The notes: generated by a model not told the origin, from the letters alone. A stretch of 64,000 nt of DNA from Armatimonadota bacterium (GCA_046292385.1 JBKBRF010000013.1:1-64000), one strand, 5' to 3'. Shown: positions 29,439 through 41,442, counted from the stretch's first letter. Made by a program: numbers and translations.

Positions 29439-29592
29439 TTCAGACTGAGTGGAACGCTTTATGGGCCGGCCGTTAGCAGGTTAACAGGTTAACAGGTTGC
29501 AGGTTCCGAACCGCCCCCGCGCGGAGGCAACCTGCAACCTGCCAACCTGCAACTTGTAACAGAGCGCCTCAATCTTCCACTCAGTTCTGAAT
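29438..29592. repeat. MITE-like element: terminal IR enclosing inverted CAGGTT(G/AA) repeats
   Basis: attcagactgagtggaa ... ttccactcagttctgaat. Internal caggttaacaggttgcaggttccgaac is shared exactly with the 51.5 kb element. Confidence 0.8.
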
Positions 29593-29793
29593 CGGGGCAC
29601 GGCCTGCGATTCGGCTCCCGTTTCGGCCGACGATGCGTATGAATCGAGAAGTTGCGGCGCTCCAGCGGTAGGGAGCGGCCTTTTCGGCGGCTAATGTCTC
29701 AGCAGCCGCCGCCGCGCTGCCGAAGAGCGTTCGTCCGAGTGGGAGTTTGGACCGGCGGAAAAGAGCCCGCCCGGTCGCTAGGAGCTAACCAGG

Positions 29794-31062
<1,269 letters not shown>

Positions 31063-31328
31063 GGCTCCAGGCTGCAGGTGGGGAGGTTCCAGGTCGGCAG
31101 CCGGTGCCCAGGCAGCGGAGCTGGAGACCCGGCAGCCTTCCCACCGGAAGCGTCGGGAACGTGGCAAACTGGACAGCGGGCGACCCGTAGGGTATACGGG
31201 CTAGCAACAACTCCGGAACGGCCCCTCTTCCGCGGGGAGAGGGGTCACGAAAAACAGAGCGCCATCCGGGGCGCGGGCCGGCGCCCGGCGGCAGGACGGC
31301 CGCAGCGCGTTGGGTGGGAGAACACTTG

Positions 31329-33734
31329 GTGTCGGCACTGAACGAAGAACTGCTCATCCCCGAAGAGACCGCTATTCCGGAGATCCTGCCGCTGCTGCCG
31401 ATCCGGGAGCCGGTCTACTTCCCCCACAACATCTTCCCGCTGTTCGTAGGGCGGGATAAGTCGATCCGCGCGCTGGAAGAGGCGCGGTCCCAGGACCGGT
31501 ACATCTTCCTGGTCGCCCAGAAGCAGATGGCGATCGACGACCCGGCGCCGGAAGATATCTACCAGGTGGGCACCATCGCCGAGGTGATGCAGGTGCTCAA
31601 CCTGCCGGACGGCACCGTCCGCGTGATGCTGGAAGGGCAGGCCCGGGCCCGCATCGGCGACTACCTCCAGACCGACCCGTTCTTCCGCGTCCGGGTAGAG
31701 CTGCTGCCGGAGCCGGAGGAGCGCACCGCGGAGGTCGAGGCGTTGATGCGCAGCGTCATCGCGCAGTTCCAGCAGGTGGTGGAGCTCGGTAAGGAGATCC
31801 CGCCGGAGGCGCTGGTGCAGGTGGTGAACATCGACGAGCCGGGCCGGCTCGCGGACACCATCATCCCCTACCTCAACCTGCGCCCCAAGGTCGAGCGCCT
31901 GCAGGAGCTGCTGGAGACCGTCTCCGTCCGCGACCGGCTGGAGAAGCTCAACTTCGTCCTCAAGAAAGAGACCGAGGTCCTGGAGATCCAGCGGAACATC
32001 CGGAACAAGGTCGAGAAGGAGATGGGCGATACCCAGCGGGAGTTCATCCTGCGGGAGCAGCTCAAGGCGATCCAGCAGGAGCTGGGCGAGCGGGACGAGC
32101 GCGGCTCCGAGATCGAAGAGTACCGGGAGAAGATCCAGAACGCCAAGATGCCAGAAGAGGTGGAAGAGCGCGCCCTGAAGGAGCTCGACCGCCTGGAGAA
32201 GATGCCGTTCCAGGCGCCGGAAGGCGTGGTGGTGCGGACCTATCTCGACTGGCTCACCGCCCTGCCGTGGTCCGTCTGCTCCGAAGAGACGCTGGAGATG
32301 GACAAGGCGCAGGAGACGCTGGACGAGGACCACTACGGCCTGGCGAAGGTGAAGGAGCGGATCCTGGAGTTCCTGGCGGTCCGCAAGCTCTCCAAGGAGA
32401 TGCGCGGCCCCATCCTCTGCTTCGTGGGTCCTCCCGGGGTCGGCAAGACCTCCATCGGCAAGAGCATCGCCCGGGCGCTGGGACGCAAGTTCATCCGCGT
32501 CTCTCTCGGCGGCGTGCGGGACGAGGCGGAGATCCGCGGCCACCGGCGCACCTACATCGGCGCGCTCCCCGGCCGCATCATCCAGGGGATCAAGACGACC
32601 GCCACCAAGAATCCGGTCTTCATGCTGGACGAGATCGACAAGCTCGGGATGGACTTCCGCGGCGACCCGTCGTCCGCGCTCCTGGAAGCGCTCGATCCGG
32701 AGCAGAACAACGCCTTCAGCGATCACTACCTGGAGGTGCCGTTCGACCTCTCCGACGTGATGTTCATCACCACGGCGAACCTGCTCGACCCGATCCCGGC
32801 GGCGCTGAAGGACCGCATGGAGGTGATCCAGTTCCCCGGCTACACGGAGGAAGAGAAGCTCGCCATCGCGCGGGACTTCCTGCTCCCCAAGCAGCGCAAG
32901 GAGAACGGCATCACCGAAGAGCACCTGCAGGCGACCGAGGCCGCCCTAATGCAGGTGATCCGCGAGTACACGCGCGAGGCGGGCGTCCGGAACCTGGAGC
33001 GGGAGATCGGCACCCTTTGCCGCAAGATCGCCAAGAACGTCGCCAGCGGGCAGGACGAGCTGGTGAAGCTGGACGAGGGCGACCTGAAGCCGTACCTCGG
33101 CCCGCGCCGCTTCCACTACGGACGCGCGGAGGAGAAGGACGAGATCGGCGCGGCGACCGGCCTGGTCTACACTGAGTTCGGAGGCGACGTGGTGGCGGTC
33201 GAGGCGAGCGTCCTCGCCTTCCACGAGCTGAAGCTCACCCTCACCGGGCAGCTGGGCGAGGTGATGAAGGAGAGCGGCATGGCGGCGATGAGCTACGTCC
33301 GCTCCCGCGCGCGCCTGCTCGGCTTCGACGAATCGCTCTTCGAACGGAGCGAAGTCCACATCCACGTGCCCGCCGGCGCGGTGCCGAAAGACGGCCCGAG
33401 CGCCGGCATCACCCTCGCCACCGCCCTCACGAGCGCCGTGACCAAGCGCCCCGTGAAGAAGGATGTCGCCATGACCGGCGAGATCACCCTCCGGGGCAAG
33501 GTGCTGCCGATCGGCGGGGTGAAGGAGAAGGTGCTGGCCGCCCACCGCGCCGGCATCCGCACCGTGATCCTTCCCGCGGAGAACGAGCGCGACCTGGAGG
33601 AGCTTCCGGAGAAGGTGCGCGCGGAGCTGAAGTTCCACCTGGTCGACCACATGGACCAGGTAATCCCGCTCGCCCTCCAGGACGCCCCCCGGCCCAGCCC
33701 CGCCTACGTAGGAGCGAAACCGGCTACCGCTTGA
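31329..33734 (+). CDS. lon: Lon protease
   Basis: Lon N domain, GPPGVGKT, DEIDK, PKDGPSAG and catalytic Lys in GGVKEK. Confidence 0.96.
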   Translation: MSALNEELLIPEETAIPEILPLLPIREPVYFPHNIFPLFVGRDKSIRALEEARSQDRYIFLVAQKQMAIDDPAPEDIYQVGTIAEVMQVLNLPDGTVRVMLEGQARARIGDYLQTDPFFRVRVELLPEPEERTAEVEALMRSVIAQFQQVVELGKEIPPEALVQVVNIDEPGRLADTIIPYLNLRPKVERLQELLETVSVRDRLEKLNFVLKKETEVLEIQRNIRNKVEKEMGDTQREFILREQLKAIQQELGERDERGSEIEEYREKIQNAKMPEEVEERALKELDRLEKMPFQAPEGVVVRTYLDWLTALPWSVCSEETLEMDKAQETLDEDHYGLAKVKERILEFLAVRKLSKEMRGPILCFVGPPGVGKTSIGKSIARALGRKFIRVSLGGVRDEAEIRGHRRTYIGALPGRIIQGIKTTATKNPVFMLDEIDKLGMDFRGDPSSALLEALDPEQNNAFSDHYLEVPFDLSDVMFITTANLLDPIPAALKDRMEVIQFPGYTEEEKLAIARDFLLPKQRKENGITEEHLQATEAALMQVIREYTREAGVRNLEREIGTLCRKIAKNVASGQDELVKLDEGDLKPYLGPRRFHYGRAEEKDEIGAATGLVYTEFGGDVVAVEASVLAFHELKLTLTGQLGEVMKESGMAAMSYVRSRARLLGFDESLFERSEVHIHVPAGAVPKDGPSAGITLATALTSAVTKRPVKKDVAMTGEITLRGKVLPIGGVKEKVLAAHRAGIRTVILPAENERDLEELPEKVRAELKFHLVDHMDQVIPLALQDAPRPSPAYVGAKPATA

Positions 33735-33737
33735 GGA

Positions 33738-34027
33738 AGGGTCTAGGGTTTAGGGGGATAGGGTATCTGGGACGGCTGCTCCGCGGCCGTCCCTCTGCAT
33801 TCGTGGAGCGAGGTGGAGCTTGCAGGTTATGCCGGAGTGACGCGCTTGCGCGGCCTCCCTACCAGTGAGCGGCTACTCTCGCCGAATGGCAGGCGGTCGG
33901 CGTCTCGCTGACTCCCGGACCAGAGTAGGATTCCGAGTAGGAGTAAGAGTAGGAGTCCGGGCTCGGGAGGCTGCCCATCCCCCTCATCCCCGTCCCCCAT
34001 CCCCTTATCTCCTGAAAAAGGTTCGGA
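33738..34027. repeat. Cluster of degenerate short tandem repeats (TAGGG heptamers, GAGTAG hexamers, CATCCCC heptamers)
   Basis: agggtctagggtttagggggatagggt; gagtaggattccgagtaggagtaagagtaggagt; catcccctcatccccgtcccccatcccc; GTTCGGA at 34021. Confidence 0.7.
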
Positions 34028-34034
34028 GATTCCC

Positions 34035-34487
34035 ATGGCAAAGGTCCCGCGTCCCATCATTACGGTTCATGGCGAGGACGTGAACCTGGAGGTGCCCGGC
34101 ATCCTCACGCTGCGTGCCAACTTCCTCTCGGAAGGGCTCTTCGACGAGGCGGCGCAGGGGGACCCGGACGAGGAGGACCTGTATGAGATCGAGCTGACCG
34201 ACGAGTCAGATGACGCGCCGATCCCGATCTCGTTCACCCGGCTGGCGCAGTCGGCCCCCGACGCCTGGCTGGCGGAAGTCGACGAAGACGAGCCGGAGGC
34301 GCCGCGCAGCCTGCCGATCGAGGGGTTTCTACTGGCGCTGGCGTGGCAGCTCGCGCACACCGACCCGTCGGAGTGGTACCCGCTCTGTGAGAGCGCCCGC
34401 CGGTGGGACGGCTGGACAATCGACGACCAGCTCGAGCGCCTCCCCGCCGACTGGACCCCCGCCTCCCTGCCGCCCACGGACGATTAA
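34035..34487 (+). CDS. Acidic hypothetical protein
   Basis: GGAG RBS, host-like codon usage, 150 aa. Confidence 0.7.
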   Translation: MAKVPRPIITVHGEDVNLEVPGILTLRANFLSEGLFDEAAQGDPDEEDLYEIELTDESDDAPIPISFTRLAQSAPDAWLAEVDEDEPEAPRSLPIEGFLLALAWQLAHTDPSEWYPLCESARRWDGWTIDDQLERLPADWTPASLPPTDD

Positions 34488-34586
34488 GAGCGCTGTCGCC
34501 GGCCCGCGCAAGTAAACTCGGCGCTGGCGGTTCCAGCCTTCGCGCTCTTCCCTCCCTTCGCGCCTTCGCGTCCGTTCGGAAGGGAT

Positions 34587-36053
34587 TCACGCCAGCAGGC
34601 CGGGTACCACCTCTCCGTGGACGTCGGTGAGGCGCCGCTGGATGCCGTTGTGGTAGTAGGTGAGCCGCTTGTGATCGAGGCCCAGCAGGTGCAGGATCGT
34701 GGCATGAAGGTCGTGGACCGTTACCGGGTCGCGCCCCACGGCGTAGCCCACCTCGTCGCTCTCGCCGTGGGTGTAGCCGGGCTTCAGGCCGGCGCCGGCC
34801 ATCCAGCAGGTGAAGGCGTGCTGGTGGTGGTCGCGGCCGCGGGCGCCGACGCCCTGCGTAAACGGCGTGCGGCCGAACTCGGTGGTCCAGACCAGCAGCG
34901 TGTCGTCGAGTAGCCCGCGCTGCTTCAGGTCGCGCAGGAGACCGGCGACCGGCTGATCCATGCTCCCCGCTTCCTGGGTGTGGTTCTGGACCAGGTCTTC
35001 GTGGGCGTCCCAGTTGATGCGCGGCGAGGCGAAGGCGCCGCCGTGGTAGAGCTGCACGAAGCGGACCCCTCGCTCCACCAGCCGCCGGGCGAGCAGGCAG
35101 TTCCGGCCGAAGCCGGCGGTCGGCGCATCGTCCAGCCCGTACAGCGCGCGGGTCTGCGGCGTCTCGTCATCCAGGCGGGTCACTTCCGGGATGCTGAGCT
35201 GCATCCGCGCCGCCAGCTCGTAGCTCCGGATCCGCGCGGCGACGCTCCCCTCCCCCTCCACCTCGCGCTGGAACTCCCGGTCGATCTCCGCCAGCAGCCG
35301 CCGGCTGGCGCGCTCGGTGGCGTCCGGAACCGCGCGCGCAGGGAAGAGGTTCGGGATCGGGTCCCCCTGGGTGCGGAACGCCACGCCCTGGTAGGCCGCG
35401 GGGAGAAACCCGGCGGTCCAGTTGGTGGCGGCGCCGGCCGGGAGCTGCCGCGGGTCCGGAAGGACCACGAAGGCGGGGAGGTCTCGCGACTCGCTGCCGA
35501 GGCCGTAAGTCACCCAGGAGCCCATGCTCGGAAAGCCGTTCAGGGTGAACCCGGAGTTCATCATGAAGGTGGCGGGCGTGTGGTTGTTGCTCTTGGAGAC
35601 CATCGAGTTGACGATCGTCATCTCGTCCACGCAGCCGGCCAGGTGCGGGAGCAGGTCGCTCACCGCGTGCCCGCACTGGCCGCGCTTCGCAAACTTCCAC
35701 GGGCTCTTCATCAGGTTGCCCGGCTGCGCGAAGAAGGTGTCGACCTTCCCCTTCCCGGTCAGCGGCTTTCCGTGGAGGCGCTCCAGCTCCGGCTTGTAGT
35801 CGAGCGTGTCGACGTGGCTCACCCCGCCGCACAGGAAGATCTGGATCACCCGCTTCACCTTCGGGGCGAAGTGCGGGGGGCGCGGGGCAAACGGGTCGGG
35901 GGACGCCGCCGGCGCGGCCAGGGCGGCCGACTGCGACTCCAGCCAGGCCAGGGCGATGCCGCCCAGCCCGCCGCCGGCCCGCCAGAGCAGCTCCCGGCGG
36001 CTCAAGCCGGCCCGCTCCATTCCCGAGCAGGGAGTGGTTCGACGCGGCCTCAT
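34587..36053 (-). CDS. DUF1501 domain protein
   Basis: SRRELL Tat-like motif, GGVSHVDTLDYKP, ARRLVERGVRFVQ, EFGRTP and GRDHH. Confidence 0.93.
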   Translation of the reverse strand: MRPRRTTPCSGMERAGLSRRELLWRAGGGLGGIALAWLESQSAALAAPAASPDPFAPRPPHFAPKVKRVIQIFLCGGVSHVDTLDYKPELERLHGKPLTGKGKVDTFFAQPGNLMKSPWKFAKRGQCGHAVSDLLPHLAGCVDEMTIVNSMVSKSNNHTPATFMMNSGFTLNGFPSMGSWVTYGLGSESRDLPAFVVLPDPRQLPAGAATNWTAGFLPAAYQGVAFRTQGDPIPNLFPARAVPDATERASRRLLAEIDREFQREVEGEGSVAARIRSYELAARMQLSIPEVTRLDDETPQTRALYGLDDAPTAGFGRNCLLARRLVERGVRFVQLYHGGAFASPRINWDAHEDLVQNHTQEAGSMDQPVAGLLRDLKQRGLLDDTLLVWTTEFGRTPFTQGVGARGRDHHQHAFTCWMAGAGLKPGYTHGESDEVGYAVGRDPVTVHDLHATILHLLGLDHKRLTYYHNGIQRRLTDVHGEVVPGLLA

Positions 36054-36068
36054 GGGAGTCTCCCGGGA

Positions 36069-39000
36069 TCAGCGGACATAGACGAGCTCGCTGGCGTTGA
36101 AGAGCACGCGGCAGAGGGCCGGGAGGCCTTGTTCGCGCGCGAACGCGACCGCTCGCCCGGTCTCCGCGGCCGTGGGCGCGCGCGCGAAGAGGAGCTGGTA
36201 GGCGCGCTCCACCTGCCGCGCCGGGTGCGGGCCCGCCTCCCGCTCCAGCCGCGCCGCCAGCGCCTCCGACTGGCGCAGCACGAACGAGTCGTTCAACAGC
36301 GTCAGCGCCTGCAGCGGCGTGGTGGTGGAGCTCCGGCGCGGGGTCTTCACGCTCGGGTCCGGACAGTCGAATGCCTCCAGCAGCGGCACGCCGGTTCCGT
36401 TCAATACCGTCCGGTAGATGCTGCGGCGCTGGTACTCCGGCCCGGTGCGGTCCTCGTAGTTGTAAAAGTGGCTGTTGCTGATCGTGATGCTGAACGGCCG
36501 GAAGCCGGGCCCCTCCGCTTCCAGGTTGAGCTGGCCGCTCACCGCCAGCATCGCGTCCCGCAGCTCTTCCGCCTGGAGGCGCCGCGGCGCCTGCCGCCAG
36601 AGCAGCCGGTTCTCCGCATCGACCGCCGACGCGCGCGGATCGAGCCGCCCCGCCTGCTTGTAGGTGTTCGAGGTGACGATCAACCGATGCAACCGCTTCA
36701 CCCGCCATCCGAAACCCTCTTGAGGGATGAAGGATGAGGGAAGAGGGATGAATCTCGAACCCTTACTCCCGGAGGCGACGGCTGGCCCACGCAAAGCGGC
36801 GGCTCGGACTCCCGCTGTCCCTCTGTCTCTCTGTCTCTCCGTCCCTCTGTGGTCTCTCCGTCTCTCTGTCGCGTCCGCACCAGCGGCAGCTGGCGTCGCG
36901 AAAACAGAGGCGAGGAAGTCGAGGAGCTCCGGGTGCGAGGGCAAATCGCCGGAACGGCCGAGATCGCTGGGGCTGGGGGCGAGCGGGGCGCCGAAGTGGT
37001 GCTGCCAGACACGATTCACCAGCGTCCGGGGCGTGAGAGGATTCTTCGGGTGCGTGAGCCACTCCGCCAGCTTGCGGCGGCGCTCCGCGTCCGGGGCATC
37101 GGGCGAAAGGCCGAAGTCGGCGGAGAGGCCCGGAATGGCGGAGAGCCCGCCGGGCGAGAGCAGCTCTCCCCGGGCCTCGACGTCGCCGCGGTGGAGCAGG
37201 TAGACCTTCGGCGCGGTCTGCGCCACGGCGGCGTAGACGAGCGGCGGAGCCTGCAGGCCCTTTAGCTCCGCCATCAGGCGGTCCCGCTCGGCCTGATGCC
37301 GGGCGCGCTCCGCCCGCTCCGCAGGGTTCAGCGCGCCGAGCAGCTCTGCCCCGGGAATCTCCTCGATTCCCTCGCGGAAGGAGGCGGCGACTTCCTCCGC
37401 CGTAAGGGCCCGGGTGTAGACGCGCGCTTCTTCGATCTCGCCCGAGAGTCGGTCCCTCGCGCCGGTGTGCCGCAGGCCGAAGAGGACGCGGCTGCTGCCT
37501 GCAGGATAGGTGTGGAGCCGCGCCTCCGGCACGTAGCTCTCGCCGTAGGGCTGCCCGTTTCGATAGAGCGAAATGCGACCGTCCGCCGCGTAGGTGATCG
37601 CCAGGTGGACTCGCTCGCCCGCGCGGGTCTCCGGCGCCACGCTCCGATCCTGCGTCCGCCGGAAGTTCTCGCTGCCCGCCATCCACCGTCTGGGCTGGCG
37701 CTCCCCGAAGACGATCGCGTCGAACGCACCGCCCTCCGGGGTCTCCACCGTCAGCGCGCTGCCGCCCTTCTGATCCAGGTCGGCCAGGCGGACCCACGCC
37801 TCCAGCGTCTTCGCGCCGAGCTCGAACGGCAGCGGCGGCGACTCCGCGGCCGCGGTGCCGCTCAGCACCAGGCGCCCGCCGCTCACCGCCGCGCCGCCGG
37901 AGAGGCGAAGCTCCACGCCCGCGGCTTCGTCGCGGGTGCTCGACTCGAAGCTCCAGCGCAGCGCGGGGCGGACCGTCGCCTCCGCCGGGGCCGGTTCGCC
38001 GCGGGCGGCGCGGACCCGCTTTCGGGCCTCACGATCGAACCGGTCGACCGCCGCCTCCGCGTCGGCCACGCGCTCCCGCACGCCCTGCGCTTCCCGCTCC
38101 CGCGCCGCCTGCTCGGAGCCGGAGAGCGCGGGACGGTTCCCCGCGGTCACGCCGGCGAGGGCCGCCTGCAGGCGGAAGTAGTCTGCCTGGGGGATCGGGT
38201 CGAACTTGTGGTCGTGGCAGCGGGCGCAGTTGACCGTCATGCCGAGGAAGGTCTGGCCGACCGCCGCAACGATCTCCTCCAGCTCGTCCTCTCGCGCTCG
38301 GGCTCGCATTACCGGGCTCGCCTGGGAGAGGCCCACCTCATCCCGCGGACCCGCCACCAGGAACCCCGTGGCGACCACGCTCTCCCCGGTGGCGTCCGGC
38401 AGCACGTCGCCCGCCACCTGCTCCCGCACGAAGCGGTCGTACGGTTTGTCCGCATTGAACGCCCGGATCACGTAGTCGCGGTACCGCCAGGCATGGTCGC
38501 GCAGCTTGTCCCGCTCGAAGCCGTCACTCTCCGCGAACCGCGCCAGGTCGAGCCAGTGGCGCGCCCACCGTTCACCGTAGCGGGGCGAGGCGAGGAGCCG
38601 ATCGACGAGCCGATCGTAGGCATCGGGCCGGCGGTCCGAGACGAACGCCTCCACTTCCTCCGGAGTCGGGGGCAGCCCAATCAGGTCGAACGAGAGCCGC
38701 CGGATCAATGTGCGGCGGTCCGCCGTGGGGGCCGGGGAGAGGCCCTGCGCCTCCAGCCGCGCCAGCACGAAGGCGTCGATCGGGCTGCGGACCCATGCCG
38801 CGCGGCGGACCCGCGGCATGGCCGGACGCCGGAGGGGCCGCAGCGACCACCACGAGCTCTCCTCACTCCCCGGCCACTGCGCCCCGGCCGCGATCCATCG
38901 CCGCAGCACCTCCTGCTCCGCGGCGGGCAGCGGGCTGCCGGGCGGCATCCGCAGTCCCTCGGTGGCGGCGACCAGGCGATAGAGCGGGCTCTCCGCCGGC

Positions 39001-39284
39001 TTCCCCGGCACGACCGCCGGCCCGCCCTTTCCGCCCTTCAGCGCTCCCTCCCGGGTCCGGAGATCGAGCGGAGAGCTGGAGCCGCCGCTGTGGCACTGGA
39101 AGCAGCGGCGAGCCAGGATCCCGTGCGCCTGCTGGACCAGCGAGCCCGCAGCCCGCCTGGCCGGCTCGGAGGGTGCGGCGTAGGAGACGGCGACGAGAGG
39201 ACAGAGAGCGGCCATGGCGGCTGCCGTGGTGAGGCAGCTTCGCAAACGCGAGGACCGGCTCCGGCAATGGCCGCGGCGTTGCAT
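36069..39284 (-). CDS. Cytochrome c / DUF1549 / LamG-like / DUF1553 protein with in-frame repeat insert
   Basis: CFQCH, CARCHDHKFDP, GERWARHWLD, LamG-like TLEAWV...HLAITY...GEIEEARVY and TTPLQAL. Start may be 39215. Confidence 0.92.
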   Translation of the reverse strand: MQRRGHCRSRSSRLRSCLTTAAAMAALCPLVAVSYAAPSEPARRAAGSLVQQAHGILARRCFQCHSGGSSSPLDLRTREGALKGGKGGPAVVPGKPAESPLYRLVAATEGLRMPPGSPLPAAEQEVLRRWIAAGAQWPGSEESSWWSLRPLRRPAMPRVRRAAWVRSPIDAFVLARLEAQGLSPAPTADRRTLIRRLSFDLIGLPPTPEEVEAFVSDRRPDAYDRLVDRLLASPRYGERWARHWLDLARFAESDGFERDKLRDHAWRYRDYVIRAFNADKPYDRFVREQVAGDVLPDATGESVVATGFLVAGPRDEVGLSQASPVMRARAREDELEEIVAAVGQTFLGMTVNCARCHDHKFDPIPQADYFRLQAALAGVTAGNRPALSGSEQAAREREAQGVRERVADAEAAVDRFDREARKRVRAARGEPAPAEATVRPALRWSFESSTRDEAAGVELRLSGGAAVSGGRLVLSGTAAAESPPLPFELGAKTLEAWVRLADLDQKGGSALTVETPEGGAFDAIVFGERQPRRWMAGSENFRRTQDRSVAPETRAGERVHLAITYAADGRISLYRNGQPYGESYVPEARLHTYPAGSSRVLFGLRHTGARDRLSGEIEEARVYTRALTAEEVAASFREGIEEIPGAELLGALNPAERAERARHQAERDRLMAELKGLQAPPLVYAAVAQTAPKVYLLHRGDVEARGELLSPGGLSAIPGLSADFGLSPDAPDAERRRKLAEWLTHPKNPLTPRTLVNRVWQHHFGAPLAPSPSDLGRSGDLPSHPELLDFLASVFATPAAAGADATERRRDHRGTERQRDRGTAGVRAAALRGPAVASGSKGSRFIPLPSSFIPQEGFGWRVKRLHRLIVTSNTYKQAGRLDPRASAVDAENRLLWRQAPRRLQAEELRDAMLAVSGQLNLEAEGPGFRPFSITISNSHFYNYEDRTGPEYQRRSIYRTVLNGTGVPLLEAFDCPDPSVKTPRRSSTTTPLQALTLLNDSFVLRQSEALAARLEREAGPHPARQVERAYQLLFARAPTAAETGRAVAFAREQGLPALCRVLFNASELVYVR
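36711..36899 (-). mobile_element. In-frame 63-codon repeat-containing insert in the DUF1553 domain
   Basis: Separates HPELLDFLASVF from GWRVKRL and is homologous to 16534-16707. Confidence 0.6.
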
Positions 39285-39369
39285 GCGAGTGGGTATCTCC
39301 GGCCCCGGTGCTGGGCCCGCGGGGGCGGGCTCAGCTCTTCGCAGCCTCAGGCGCCAGCCCGAGGAGAAG

Positions 39370-40707
39370 CTACCCCACCAGCTCGCGGATCGGCTCGTGG
39401 CCCGGCATCAGGTAGTGCGGACGGCCGACGCTGTCGATCACCTCGGTACTGGCGATGTCGATCCCCAGGTTGTGGTAGAGCGTGGCGAAGACGTCCCGGA
39501 AATGCAGGGGTCGCTCGTCCGCGTAGCCGCCGTCCGGCGTGGTGGAGCCGATCACCTGTCCGTTCTTCATCCCACCGCACGCCAGCAGCGCGGCGCCCAC
39601 CGGCGGCCAGTGGTCGCGTCCCGCGTCTTTGTTGATGCGCGGCGTGCGGCCGAACTCGCCCCAGACGATGACGCTGACGTCCTTGTCCATGCCGCGGTCG
39701 TGCAGGTCGGTCACCAGGCCGGTTACCGCCTGGTCGAGGGTCGGCAGGTGCGTCTTGAGCTGGCCGAAGTTGTTGCCGTGGTAGTCCCAGCGGCCGTAGC
39801 CGAGCGTCACGCAGCGCACGCCGGCTTCCACCAGGCGGCGCGCCACCACGACCTGGTCGTTCCAGCAGGGGCCGCCGTCGTCCACGTTCTTCGGGCTGCC
39901 GCGGCCGTACAGCTCGCGGATCTTCTGCGGCTCCCGCTCCACGTCGAGCGCCTCCTGCAGCTTGCGGGAGGTGAGCATGTCGAAGACCTGCTGCTGCACC
40001 TCGCCGACGCCTTCGAGCACCGGCTCGCTCTCGCGCTTGAAGCGGTCGACCGCCGCCAGGAGCCGGCGCCGGTCGCGCAGGCGCTCCAGGGAGACGCCCT
40101 TCAGCGTCATGTCTTCCATCACCGGCCCGTTCGGCTGGAACGGGTTGTACGGCAGACCCAGAAAGCCCCCGTCACCCGGGTGCGCCCACGGGGAGTGACC
40201 CATCTTTACGGAAAGGCCGACGAACGGCGGCACGGTCGGATCGACCGGTCCCTTGAGCCGCGCCACCACGGAGCCGAGCGCCGGCACCGGGTTGTTGCGC
40301 AGCTCCGCCAGCGTGAAGCCGTGGTTGCAGATCTGGGAGGCGTGCTCGTCCCGGGCGCCGACCAGCGAGCGGATGATGGTGAACTTGTCCATCATCTTCG
40401 CCAGCCGCGGCATGTGCTCGGTGACCTGGATCCCGTCGACGTTGGTCCCGATCGGCTTGAACTCACCCCGGATCTCGGACGGCGCATCCGGCTTGAGGTC
40501 CCACATGTCCTGGTGCGGCGGGCCGCCGCACAGGAAGATCATGATGACCGCCTTGTGCGAGTTGCGGGTGCCGGCGCGCGCCTCCGCCGCCAGGATGTCG
40601 GCCATCGTCATCCCGCCGAGCGCCAGGCCGCCGATCTTCAGAAACTCGCGCCGGTTGATACCGTCGCAGAACTGCCCGCCTCTTCCGCCCGCTGTGATCG
40701 TCAACAT
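39370..40707 (-). CDS. DUF1501 domain protein
   Basis: CDGINRREFL, GGPPHQDMWDLKP, ARRLVEAGV, WDYH, GEFGRTP and GRDHW. Confidence 0.92.
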   Translation of the reverse strand: MLTITAGGRGGQFCDGINRREFLKIGGLALGGMTMADILAAEARAGTRNSHKAVIMIFLCGGPPHQDMWDLKPDAPSEIRGEFKPIGTNVDGIQVTEHMPRLAKMMDKFTIIRSLVGARDEHASQICNHGFTLAELRNNPVPALGSVVARLKGPVDPTVPPFVGLSVKMGHSPWAHPGDGGFLGLPYNPFQPNGPVMEDMTLKGVSLERLRDRRRLLAAVDRFKRESEPVLEGVGEVQQQVFDMLTSRKLQEALDVEREPQKIRELYGRGSPKNVDDGGPCWNDQVVVARRLVEAGVRCVTLGYGRWDYHGNNFGQLKTHLPTLDQAVTGLVTDLHDRGMDKDVSVIVWGEFGRTPRINKDAGRDHWPPVGAALLACGGMKNGQVIGSTTPDGGYADERPLHFRDVFATLYHNLGIDIASTEVIDSVGRPHYLMPGHEPIRELVG

Positions 40708-40967
40708 CGCCGGAGCCTTCCCCGCTGCTCACCGCCGGCCCCGGAGCAAACCGCTCGAGCCAGCGCTGTCCCCCATCGATCCAGAGCCTGTGACACCCGC
40801 GCCGGTGAGTAAGTTACACCCGCCTTCCGAAGACGGAGCGCCCCTGGGCAGCCTCATTCTGCAGCGCCGTAGCCCGGGCGGCCATCGCCGGAGGTAGCTC
40901 GAGCTCGCGACGACGTGCCGGAATGGCGTAGATCGCCAGCGCGCAAGAGCAGGACCTCCCGGTTACG

Positions 40968-41017
40968 GAGGGTTCGAATTCATCCCTCATCGTTCATCCT
41001 TCATCCTTCATCCTTCG
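40968..41017. repeat. TCATCC(T/C) heptamer run related to the intragenic inserts
   Basis: agggttcgaattcatccctcatcgttcatccttcatccttcatccttcg. Confidence 0.8.
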
Positions 41018-41178
41018 AATGCCCTCTGCACGTTCATTGCCGGCCCGGCACGTACCAGTACCGGGTGCGAATCTCGCCGTTCACGCCACGTGTTTGGCCC
41101 GCGCCCGCCGGGTAAACGGATTCTGAGCCGGGCGCCGCCGGGCTCTTGAAGCACTGAAAACTACGAGAGGAACGTCCG

Positions 41179-41442
41179 ATGACTGATACGCGATTGAAGG
41201 AGGAGCGCCGGCACGCAACCGCGGTCACCCCCCACGTGGAGGAGCCGCTGCCGATTACGGTAGTGCCGGACTGGGAGCAGCAGGTGCAGCGCGCCGGCGA
41301 GCTGTGCCGCCTGGTGGACCGCCACCTCGACTACGAGGCCCGGGGCCGGCTGCTCGCAGACCTGCGCGACTTTCGTCCCCAGCACCTCTGCCCGGAGCAG
41401 CGGGTACAGATGGTGAGCGACTGCTACGGCGGCACCCGGTAG
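41179..41442 (+). CDS. Small hypothetical protein, possibly SigB-regulated
   Basis: GAGAGG RBS, host-like codons, and GTTT-N14-GGGTAA at 41092-41115. Confidence 0.6.
   Translation: MTDTRLKEERRHATAVTPHVEEPLPITVVPDWEQQVQRAGELCRLVDRHLDYEARGRLLADLRDFRPQHLCPEQRVQMVSDCYGGTR

Noticed and set aside
33738..33770. Telomere-like TTTAGGG (also CCCTAAA near 20045)
   Set aside because: Only single exact units occur inside degenerate heptamer arrays, so the resemblance is probably coincidental.
41034..41228. 64-aa minus-strand ORF
   Set aside because: Overlaps the better-supported + strand ORF and its promoter, and has no RBS.
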